A stretch of 42,719 nucleotides of DNA from Trichodelitschia bisporula (Eukaryota), in contig ML996699.1 of the NCBI GenBank assembly GCA_010356995.1, forward strand, positions 775,697-818,415, given 5' to 3'. Positions 33,643 to 42,719 of this stretch are shown one piece after another. A program made the position numbers and the translations under genes. The notes under the pieces are model-generated. The model made no database searches and had not been told where the DNA came from. It saw only the letters and a program-made list of their open reading frames with translations. The number at the start of each line of letters is the position of its first letter. The first letter of the stretch is position 1.

Positions 33643-34256
33643 ATGCTGAACTCGAAGAACCTGAGCAAGGTGTTGACACGCCATGTCCACCCGCAGTTGT
33701 TTCCGCGGTGGTTGTGAGTAGGCTCAAACTGCTCTGTGTTCGCGCTGACCCCTCCAGCTTGATGTCGCCGAATGCGACGCTACTCGCCTACTCAACACCT
33801 GCCAACATCCAGGAGCTGCGAGACCAAGCGACGCTCATTGCCATGAGCTGGAAGGAGCAATATCGGCTCTTCAGACCGGATCGTTCAAGCGTCGCCAACG
33901 GCGACGTCCCTGACGGCTGCCTCGAGACCCTGACCATCGAGTTGGAGGACCGCAACATCATCATTCGCGCTATACAACCGCGCATTCTCTTAGTACTGGT
34001 TGGCAATAAGCCCGCAGCAGGCTCGAAGCAGTTCAGGCTTACGCCCGAAACCCGCGTTGGCGGCAGCAAGGCCGGCACCACATTCGCAGACGGGAAGGAC
34101 AAAGCCGACGAAGGCGACGACGGTGACGAAATCCGCGACGTGCACAACGATGTGCTGCGTGTACAGCGGCGAGAGTTGGATGCGGCGACGGAACACATAA
34201 GACGGCAGCTGTCTTCGAGCGGCTTCGTAATGCCCGAAGACCAGACTGTTCCCTGA
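33643..34256 (+). CDS. Roadblock/LAMTOR2-like protein (intron 33714-33757)
   Basis: Spliced MLNSKNLSKVLTRH...WF|LMSPNATLLAYS...DQATLIAMSWKEQY...LETLTIELEDRNIIIRAIQPRILLVLVG...LRVQRRELDAATEHIRRQL follows the LAMTOR2 pattern (ML..K.L..VL, LLAYS, W..Y). Confidence 0.75.
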
Positions 34257-34440
34257 GTAGTGTTTGCATTGCATGGACGATACCCAACCGGCGCACGGCT
34301 CAGAATTCGGAGTTTGGGGTTTGTCAAAGGTTAGCTGAGGTGTCTGGGCAATTCATTTTTTGAGTAATCGTGTTGCCTTGTCAACTATCACTTCTGAGGG
34401 GGGCATAAGGGCACAAGGGAACAATGCAGAGGTTCATTCA

Positions 34441-34480
34441 TCACGTGATTTGGTACCTGCCAGCAGGTTGTGTGACGTCA
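34441..34480. promoter_or_regulatory. Palindromic TCACGTGA (bHLH/Cbf1-type) and TGACGTCA (ATF/CRE-type) sites
   Basis: Exact motifs at 34441-34448 and 34473-34480, about 110-145 nt upstream of ATG 34587. Confidence 0.45.
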
Positions 34481-34586
34481 TAAAGTGTAACGCGTGCGAC
34501 AAGAACTCACACCTTTACCATTCTACATCCAAACACCAACACCCTATCAACGACACAATTGACGCCAATTGCCATTAAAATCCATC

Positions 34587-35077
34587 ATGCCTCTTCCTAC
34601 ACGTTTCAGTATGGCTCTCCGCGCCTTGCCGCGCACCCGCATCCCTCCTACCGTGGCGCCTTTCCACCGCAACGCCCTTCTCGCACGGGAGGTCGAGCTC
34701 AACCCGCGGCGCGATGAGTATAGCAAAAGCGCCAGCGATGACGACGTATCAACCAAGACGGGACAGTCAGCCTTTGATTCCAACACAGATCCAACTCAGG
34801 AAGCGGCCGACGCCGATGTGGAAAGTGGAGAGGTAAAAACCAAGCCGAAGCACGTAAGTGTTATAGGTGCGAGATCGAAGCTGATTTGAATTCTGATGGG
34901 GGGTGTCAGGACGTGAGCCCATTAGAGACGAGCCCCGCAAACCGTGAGATCAGCCAGCCGAATGAGAAGGAGTCGAAGACGACGAGCAGCAAAGGAGAGT
35001 CACCAGAGCAGGAGAGCTCGAGGAAGCGTACGAGCGGAAAGGGCAACTCAACCAAGTCGGGCAAAGGCACTTATTAG
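34587..35077 (+). CDS. Small hydrophilic conserved protein with probable mitochondrial presequence (intron 34833-34909)
   Basis: Arg-rich, acid-free N-terminus MPLPTRFSMALRALPRTRIPP, followed by conserved-looking blocks EYSKSASDDDV, AFD..T.P and PLETSPAN.EIS. Confidence 0.8.
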
Positions 35078-35704
35078 TGAGTGGCGGGTGACTGGCATTG
35101 GGAGGGAGTGATTCAGCATTATCAACTGTCAACTCTTCATTGTATCTTCGGAGCCTCATCCTGAGAAAGCCCTACTGGAGGTTTTGCGGAAGCTACTCCA
35201 TATGCATCATCCAGAGCTGTGGCGCATCGCTACTCTCTGGCTATCTACTGTACTGTGATATGTGTGGCTTGTGAATCCAACAGACCTATGCATTGTGTTT
35301 ATTGGCTTGAAATGGAGATCGATCTGTATGGGTTGGGGAACGTGGAGGGGCGCGTGGATGGGGAGGCGTGGGGGAGGCCAGACCATCCGAAGTCGGCCGA
35401 GGCAAGGGACCGACGGCGCAACCGTCGCGACTTATGCATATCGGTCTTGGCATCAATTGCGTGCTCGACTCAACCTTCTATCCTTTCCACGCCGTTGCCT
35501 CCCATCGCCCGTTTTTCCCGACTATCCCGTTTTTCCGCCCCTCTAGCCTTCCCTTCTTACCAATTGCGCAACCATGACCGGCCAAAAACCTTTCACCCCG
35601 AATTCTTTTTTAGTTTGCGATCCCCCTCCGCTCACTTCATCACCACCACCTTCATAGTTCTCACTCTGCCACTTGCCCTCCGCATCTGGCTGAATCGACG
35701 AGCT

Positions 35705-38700
35705 ATGCATCTCCAGCAGCCTACTTCCGCCGGCCCCGCCGCGGGCCCCACCTCGGACTCCACGGCTGAGCAGAAGACGGCTCCTTTTCGTCAACTCGAT
35801 ATCAAGTCATCTAGCCTCCCGTTCGGTCGTGATGCTGCGCTGTCCTCTATTGGCGGGCCGACGTACGCCACCGCGGCGACGCTGATTCAACATGTCGCCT
35901 ACTCGCTGTCCGACAAGGTGTTTTCCTACTCACCGGAGTCGTTTGATCTCGACCTCGCCCTCCGCCATTGGAATAGCCAGAACGAGACTAATGCATTTGG
36001 CTACACCCCTGCCGTGCATTCGATCGAGGCGCGTGCCGGTGCCGGCGCAGTAGCGCTGGGCTATATTTTCTCGCAGGACTTTGACCTGGAGAAACGCCAC
36101 ATCCCCGAGACCATTGTAGCACCGTCAGCAACACTGCCACTGCTGCGCACGTCCCTGGACCAGCTGTCGCTTCTGTATTCGCTGGCAAGCCCGGTGGTCG
36201 TTCATGTTGCTGCCGTCGACTACTCGTCTGGCCCGAACCCCGGTCTCGTGTCGGACTACGTCTCAGCCTTGCAGATTGCCGACGATCTTGGCCTTGCGCT
36301 ACTGGCCAGCACGTCAACCCACGATGCCCAGCACATGGCACTGCTCGCTACGCTGATTGCCAAGGTGCTTCCTGCTATTCACGTTTTTGATGGTGTCAAA
36401 GCCTGTCGCGAGACGTCTCTCGTCGTGGACGCCTGGGACCAGAACCGGTTGAGCGCCAACTACGACTCCATCCTCAAGGTGCTGGAGACCACCGAGAGCA
36501 AGCACGCCGACAATGAGGGCCGCGTCCTGCGTCTGCTGAACGCCTTCAACGGGGAGCTAGGCACTGAGTACGGCCTCTTCGAGTACTACGGCCACGCTGC
36601 GCCGGAGCATGTGCTTGTCGTTTTTGGAACGGTCGAGGCATCCATCGCGCGCCAAGTTGCGGAACAGCTCTCCGCACAGGGCAAGACGGTTGGTGTAGTA
36701 AACGTCCGTGTTTACCGTCCGTTTGTCGAGGAAGAGTTCTTGAAGGCTCTTCCCGCGTCTGTACACTCCGTTGGGGTGCTCGGGCAGGTTGAAGATGAGT
36801 CGGCCGCTACCGACTCTGGCGAGCACTCGCTGCTGTACAAGGATGTACTTGCGTCGCTCAGCTTCTCAGACCGGCAGGTTGCCATCTCAGACCTGAAGTA
36901 CGCGCGCAGCCAGGCCTGGACGCCGGCCGAGATTGTGTCCGCCTTTGTGCGCCTCACCGAGCAGCCGCTCGCCGTTGAGACCAAGCCGGTGCAGGAGTAC
37001 TCGTTCTGGAACATCGACAGCTCCTCGTCCGTTGCCGCCCCCGTCGCGCTTGCGCAGCTGCTCTCGTCGCTGTCACAGAACCATGTGACGGTCCGCACAG
37101 GACATGACAATCTGACCAACGGTGGCGTCATACGCACTGATATCCGCTCGTCGCCTAAGTCTTACGAGCTGCCCTACTCGGCCGAAGCTGCGGACTTGGC
37201 CTTTGTTGATGGAGAGCTTCTGCAGACGTTTGACGTTCTGCGTAGTGTCAAAGCTGGCGGTGCTCTCGTCGTCACGCTCCGTGGCTTCAAGGACGACGAT
37301 CTGGAGAAGCGTCTGCCTGCCGAGCTGCGCAAGAAGCTGAGCAAGGGCGATGTGCGGCTGTATGTGCTGGATCCGGCAGTTGCGGACGGCCCGGAGCTAG
37401 AGTCACTGCTTACAGAGGCCGCATTTCTGCAGCTCTCTGGAACTGACGCTCACGTTGCGACCCCGAAGCTGGCCAACATCAACGGCACCGCCGAGGCGAT
37501 CGTCGCTGCCTTCTCAAGCCTCGAGGCCGCGCTGCGTTCCATCGAGATCCCTGAGGCATGGGGCACCATCGAAGCAGAGGCTACCCCGCTACCTGCCGAT
37601 ATCAGCGTGAATAGCTTCGCGCCATTCGACAAGACCGAGACCGAGCCCTCCGTCACCACATCGAACAAGCTCGCTGCCGCAAAAGCCATCGTCTTCAAGG
37701 AGGCATATGGAACCAAGTCCGCCCTTCGCCCCGATCTTGGTGTCAAGACGGCGATTGTGCACGTGAAGGAGCGCCGCCGCCTTACCCCGCTCACGTACGA
37801 CCGCAATATTTTCCACATCGAGTTTGACCTTGGCAACTCTGGACTCACGTACGCTATTGGCGAAGCGCTCGGCATCCACGCAGAAAATGACAAGGCCGAC
37901 GTCGAGGCATTCATTAAGGCGTACGGCCTCAATCCCGACGAGATTGTGCAGGTGCCCAGTCGCGAAGAATCCAATGTCCTTGAGCAGCGTACCGTCTACC
38001 AGGCCTTCATCCAGAACATTGACATCTTCGGCCGCCCTCCGAAGAAGTTCTACGAGGCGCTCTCCGAGTTCGCTACGGACGAGAACGAGCGCAAGAATCT
38101 GCTTGCCGTCAGCACGCCCGACGGCGCTGCCGAGTTCAAGCGTCGCGCCGAGGTAGACACAATCACCTTTGCCGATCTGCTCCTCGAGTTCCCGTCGGCC
38201 CACCCGCCGGTTCAAGATATCGTGCGCATTGTGTCACCTATGAAGCGCCGCGAGTACTCCATTGCCTCGTCCCAGAACGTGACGCCCAACTCGGTCTCGC
38301 TGCTCATCGTCACGGTTGGCTGGGTGGACCCCCAGGGCCGCGACCGCTTCGGCCAGGCCACACGTTTCCTGAATGGCCTCCATGTCGGCGCACCTATTAC
38401 TGTGTCTGTCAAGCCGTCGGTTATGAAGCTGCCGCTGAAGAGCACCGCGCCCATCATCATGGCTGGCCTAGGCACAGGTCTCGCGCCCTTCCGCGCCTTC
38501 GTCCAGGAGCGCGCCCTGCAGAAGCAGCGCGGCGAAGAGATTGGCGCGGTGCTGCTGTACATGGGCTCGCGGCACCAGCGCGAGGAGTACCTGTACGGTG
38601 AGGAGTGGGAGGCGTACCAGGAAGCGGGCGTCATTACGCTGATTGGCCGCGCGTTCTCTCGTGACCAACCGCAGAAGATTTACATCCAGGATCGCATGCG

Positions 38701-38911
38701 GCAGACGATGGAGGAGATTCGCCAGGCGTACTTGCGCGAGGAGGGCAGCTTCTACCTCTGCGGACCGACGTGGCCGGTGCCGGATGTTACGCAGGTGCTG
38801 CAAGAGGCGATTGAGCATGAGGAGAAGAGCAAGGGGGCGAAGAAGGTTGATAGTCAGCGGGAGATTGAGCGGTTGAAGGAGGACCAGCGCTATGTGCTTG
38901 AAGTGTACTAG
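35705..38911 (+). CDS. MET10: Sulfite reductase [NADPH] flavoprotein alpha subunit
   Basis: N-terminal PFOR-like region (VRVYRPF) and FAD/NADPH module RNIFHIEFD, RREYSIASSQ, MAGLGTGLAPFRAF, AFSRDQPQKIYIQD, FYLCGPTWPVPDV, RYVLEVY. Confidence 0.96.
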   Translation: MHLQQPTSAGPAAGPTSDSTAEQKTAPFRQLDIKSSSLPFGRDAALSSIGGPTYATAATLIQHVAYSLSDKVFSYSPESFDLDLALRHWNSQNETNAFGYTPAVHSIEARAGAGAVALGYIFSQDFDLEKRHIPETIVAPSATLPLLRTSLDQLSLLYSLASPVVVHVAAVDYSSGPNPGLVSDYVSALQIADDLGLALLASTSTHDAQHMALLATLIAKVLPAIHVFDGVKACRETSLVVDAWDQNRLSANYDSILKVLETTESKHADNEGRVLRLLNAFNGELGTEYGLFEYYGHAAPEHVLVVFGTVEASIARQVAEQLSAQGKTVGVVNVRVYRPFVEEEFLKALPASVHSVGVLGQVEDESAATDSGEHSLLYKDVLASLSFSDRQVAISDLKYARSQAWTPAEIVSAFVRLTEQPLAVETKPVQEYSFWNIDSSSSVAAPVALAQLLSSLSQNHVTVRTGHDNLTNGGVIRTDIRSSPKSYELPYSAEAADLAFVDGELLQTFDVLRSVKAGGALVVTLRGFKDDDLEKRLPAELRKKLSKGDVRLYVLDPAVADGPELESLLTEAAFLQLSGTDAHVATPKLANINGTAEAIVAAFSSLEAALRSIEIPEAWGTIEAEATPLPADISVNSFAPFDKTETEPSVTTSNKLAAAKAIVFKEAYGTKSALRPDLGVKTAIVHVKERRRLTPLTYDRNIFHIEFDLGNSGLTYAIGEALGIHAENDKADVEAFIKAYGLNPDEIVQVPSREESNVLEQRTVYQAFIQNIDIFGRPPKKFYEALSEFATDENERKNLLAVSTPDGAAEFKRRAEVDTITFADLLLEFPSAHPPVQDIVRIVSPMKRREYSIASSQNVTPNSVSLLIVTVGWVDPQGRDRFGQATRFLNGLHVGAPITVSVKPSVMKLPLKSTAPIIMAGLGTGLAPFRAFVQERALQKQRGEEIGAVLLYMGSRHQREEYLYGEEWEAYQEAGVITLIGRAFSRDQPQKIYIQDRMRQTMEEIRQAYLREEGSFYLCGPTWPVPDVTQVLQEAIEHEEKSKGAKKVDSQREIERLKEDQRYVLEVY

Positions 38912-38999
38912 GAAGCAGTGGAGGGCGATCCGGGATTGCTACAGAACGTATGGGCAATTTATTAGTTGTGAACATAGTCCCAACGACTTTCTGTAAGGC

Positions 39000-41900
39000 T
39001 GCGTGTGCCTGATTTCATCGCGTGCCTTGAAACGCCGTTTCTGTGCTCTATTAGCAGGACAAATAAATTCGGACCAAAAGTGCTCTCACTGACTGGTCTT
39101 CCAAACAGGAGGCTTAAGTCATTTGGGGCAGCTTTGACGTACGCGAGTAAAAGGAAAGTGCATCGCGCAAGCCTCGTCTTCGGGAGTCACTAGGCCCATA
39201 CCCTCCGTCCGTAGATGCACGCCTCCCGATCATAGCCCAATTAAAATATACCGCATACACGATTATCCCTAAAGCAAACCAAACGGAGACGAGAAATTTA
39301 AGCAAAAGTCAGCAATCACCAAGAAAGCACAACATCCAATCCGCCCAGAGTCCGTATTTGAATAACGACCTTTCCTGTGCGAACATCTGGTCAATTAAAG
39401 CGTCAAACCAACGTAACTTGTCAAACATCAATTGAGTGATTTAAATACCGTCCTAATGCACCCATGCCGTATGGGCGTAGAGATTGAAGTTTCATCTCAA
39501 AATATATATAGAGGCTCTGCTAGGCAAAGGCGCAGAGTGTCAAGCGCACGATTTAAAAAAAGGAGGACATGGCGGCTTCAGCCCTTACATGAAAGCAGCG
39601 CAACGAGACACCGAAGGTCCGGCCGGCTAGGTGAATCTATAATGAGCAAATTTATTAATGCATACGGAGGATGTTCATTCATTAGCTGCTTGATCTAAAG
39701 CGACCATAAGTGGAGCGTCAAAGTAGGCCTTAGCTTATTCGCCAAAATTGTAGCGGGTGTGTTAAGTGTCCTATTTTATTAGACGCATGCCCGTGTGTGC
39801 AAGGTGTGTACCCAGGACTTTTTAGGCGTGTCCTATAGCTCCCTTTAGCTGAGCTTCACGTTGGCCCGAAATGTAGGTGTTGTAAGGTTGCATGATTGCA
39901 TTCAATGCATCCCATGCATCAGAAACGCCCGGAACCTAATGAGAAACCTACTATACTCTTGACTCTAATACACTGATGGCCAATTTTGCAACCGACTAAA
40001 GTTGACTACAAATGACTGGTACGTATTTTAGGGAATAGAGGTTAGATTACTGTCTCAACTCGCTACAGTGCGTATTTATCTTCTGATTGGTAGAACAGGT
40101 GGGGGTATGTATGATTTTACGCGCTGAAAAGGAAGAGGTCCATACGCTGGACTTAGGAAGCGATACCAGCTCGCAACGAGGCTAAAATATTGAAAGAATT
40201 TGTCAGCCACTGCTCTAACATTTAGTAACACCGCGGACTAAATACACTGGGGTTACCACTCAATGCCGGGATGCTGTGACCATGAGCCCGGCGGTGTATG
40301 GCAAATAAAGGTCTGTGTAGGCCTTTCATTACTGTAGCCGCCAGGGGGCGTATCAGGCTCTGTGAGCAGGCATCTAAAGACAGCGGCTTCTTTGATAAAC
40401 AAATCGATACGCGCTGATTCTGCTACCGTGGCGAGAAATAAATCCATGCTTGTGGATATGTATATCCCCAAAATAATATGACTGCACTTAGCAGTGTAAT
40501 TAACCACATTTACCGATTGGGAGTGACGCCCTTTCCTGAGTACAGCGCTCCATATCCGCGAGACATCACTTCGTCTGTATTAACGACCTGCGGCAGGGGC
40601 ACACTGGTCAACCATACAATACCCAATAGATCAGTCGCTGTAGCCTCTGGGATCTTTACAGCATGTGCAAGTGCCTTAGCCATCAGTTCAAAGGCTAAGC
40701 TTCCGAGGGTGTGCGCATCCGCGGGTGTAGATAATTGCCTATCAGCAAACGAGGGACACCTTAAGGCCTATAATAGCTTTGATCGTCTTCCCGCCTCAAA
40801 CCCTGAGGCGTTAATTACTTGGCTGCCACTAGAACTACACCCCGGGTTACTAGAACCACACCCCAAATCATTTTTATAGCATCTCCTTAACATACCTTTA
40901 ATATAATCAGAGCAGTAAATACGGCGTTCCCATTTTTGAGTTTTTCCAAGGCTAGAACCAAGGGAGTTGAGCACGGTGTAACAGCATAAACCCTTAGTAA
41001 CGCAAGTTGATGTGCGCAATGTTGCAGCTGAGTGAGAGGCAGACGTGGAAACAGGGAAGGATAGACTTTGGGCTATGTGTTGGTGCTTAGAGACTCAAGT
41101 TCATAAGCGGATTGATCTAATGAGAGTTCACGTAGTAGCTAGGGGCTGGAATTTTGTTGATGAGATGTAGATTGGCCATGAGCCGTTCTGCAACAGGTGG
41201 ATAATTACTATATATCACCTACGCGCCCGTTTTAAGGACCCGGCTAACGCAGTCGGGGTCGGTGGTGCCCCAGGTCTTGGGCGGTGAGAAGTCACTCAGG
41301 CTTATTTGGGATTTTTTATGTGTTCAATCGTGGACCACTCATAATAGCGAATGGAAACTTATCCGTGGAGGTTAAGAAATTTGGGCCACATACCCTGCGT
41401 ACTCGCTCTAATTGATGAACGTTCGTTATAAGTGCTCTATGGAGGTTCCGAAATAGGTGGTTTTTCTTGAAAAAGTAAGGTCTGTTACAGGCAGTTGACG
41501 GCATGCCGTAATTTTCTATGAATGCGTGGTGAGTCAGACTCACTCTATCTACGCCCCCCCCCCCACCTCCTCAAACAAAATCCTAACATCTTCCGCGATG
41601 GGATTGGGGTAAGATTAACGCCAAAATCCTTCGTTTGATTATCCCTTATACAGCCCAGGTACTGGCCCAGGTACACGCCCAGGTACTCGTGCCCCACTTT
41701 TCCGCTATAATGAACCAGTTGAAAAGCTAGAGTTTGTTGCAGAAATGGGAAATCTGAACAGAACCAAATTCAAGCTCTTTGATTGGTCCATGATAGCGGA
41801 AAGTAGGCGACGAGTACCTGGACATGTACGTGGGCCATCACCAGGGCCCTACACGGGATACAGCTCTCGGGAAATAAAGTACTTTTTTCAATGCACATTA

Positions 41901-42719
41901 CATGAGTGCCCCGCATGTTCAGACTTGGAAGTAGCGTAGGTGCGTGGCTGCGGCGGGAGTCTTCAAATTGAAAGGGGCCTGGAGGAGCTGCATACGGGGA
42001 AAAGTCTTGCAAACTTTGTGGCCCTTACCGGTTGGCATTCCTTCGGGTGTTCAGGGTCAACTTCAAAGCACAAGTCACTCGTGGTGCTGATGAATAAAGT
42101 AAGTTCTATGTTATCTCAGTTGGGGACTCAGACCGCTGCAGGGGGGGTATCAACCAATCAAAATATTTAGGGCTACCGCGGAAGTGGTCTGAGCAAATCT
42201 TGTATGATTGGACGTCGAAATCAGCCCTCTCCCAAAACTTCAACTATAGATTGCAAGTTAACTACAATTGTGAGCCCTTAGCTACCTCAAATTTTAAATA
42301 GAGTTAAATTAGGAATTTAAAATGATACTAGTTACATTGCTATAGCCCTCGAGGAAAATATTCGATCTAAGCTCAAAGTCTCAAAACCTACTTATATGAT
42401 TGGGCCTCGAACTGAACCTCTACCGACTACTTCTAGTCTATCGTCATCACCACAACTCCGATCGCTTTTAAATTTAGTAGAGGGTGTCATGGCTCATGGT
42501 CGGTAGGATGCCTGAAGCCACGACTGATCGTCAGGGTCGCTTGCACCACCACTGTGGCTGTGGCTGTGTGGCTAGTGCGGGCTAGCGCCTCGCTTAGCCC
42601 CACACCCCCCCACCGTGGTTGTGTTTGGCTTTGCCATCCTCTTCCTCTCTTTCCTCTGCATCTGATATTTACAATCATCCATCTGCATCCAGAGCTTTGT
42701 GCACACTTGCAGTGACCGT
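39000..42719. other. Gene-poor, AT/TpA-enriched degenerate region, probably RIP-affected
   Basis: No ORF exceeds 133 aa, no protein family is recognisable, and TA dinucleotides and stop codons are visibly more frequent than in the upstream genes (judged by eye). Confidence 0.55.
41640..41860. mobile_element. MITE-like foldback element, ~220 bp
   Basis: Arms of about 95 nt (41640-41736 against 41766-41860) are imperfect reverse complements. TA occurs at both outer ends, and the left arm has three GCCCAGGTAC units. Confidence 0.7.

Noticed and set aside
35219..35704. 162-codon in-frame extension upstream of the MET10 ATG
   Set aside because: It begins at GTG and crosses promoter-like and CT-rich leader sequence. 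Family similarity starts only after 35705.
41224..41283. CGCCC...GGGCG stem with an inner hairpin, superficially tRNA-like
   Set aside because: It is too short, with no T-loop GTTCRA and no cloverleaf.
1..42719. CRISPR array, rRNA, tRNA, telomerase template, intact transposase
   Set aside because: None was seen. This is eukaryotic DNA with no regular repeat-spacer pattern and no TAACCCTAA template that I could find.

Overview
This is intron-rich genomic DNA from a filamentous ascomycete (Pezizomycotina-type short GT-AG introns with CTRAC branch sites). Positions 1-39 kb are gene-dense. They contain an aldehyde dehydrogenase, a frameshifted DUF1996 gene, an Lsb5-like VHS/GAT protein, an OB-fold-like protein, capping protein alpha, a stand-alone Sin3 PAH domain, a polytopic membrane protein, an MFS transporter, mitochondrial L33, an ABC-F ATPase, phosphoglycerate dehydrogenase, glyoxalase I, a LAMTOR2-like roadblock protein, sulfite reductase alpha and several conserved hypotheticals. 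The last ~3.7 kb is gene-poor, TpA-rich and looks degenerate. Six observations stand out. (1) A 39-aa, 8-Cys peptide ending in a CaaX box has its own TATA box and 5'-UTR intron and is missed by the ORF track. (2) An enlarged ABC-F intron holds Ty3/gypsy pol fragments arranged as an 86-bp inverted repeat. (3) Two extra C-terminal copies follow the membrane-protein stop codon, and the first is in frame with mostly synonymous divergence. (4) A 96-aa gene encodes only a PAH domain. (5) A SPATA22-like OB-fold protein carries four regularly spaced acidic motifs. (6) An in-frame, PPxY-bearing alternative N-terminus lies inside the first Lsb5 intron. All exon models were read by eye, and family calls come from remembered motifs, not database searches.
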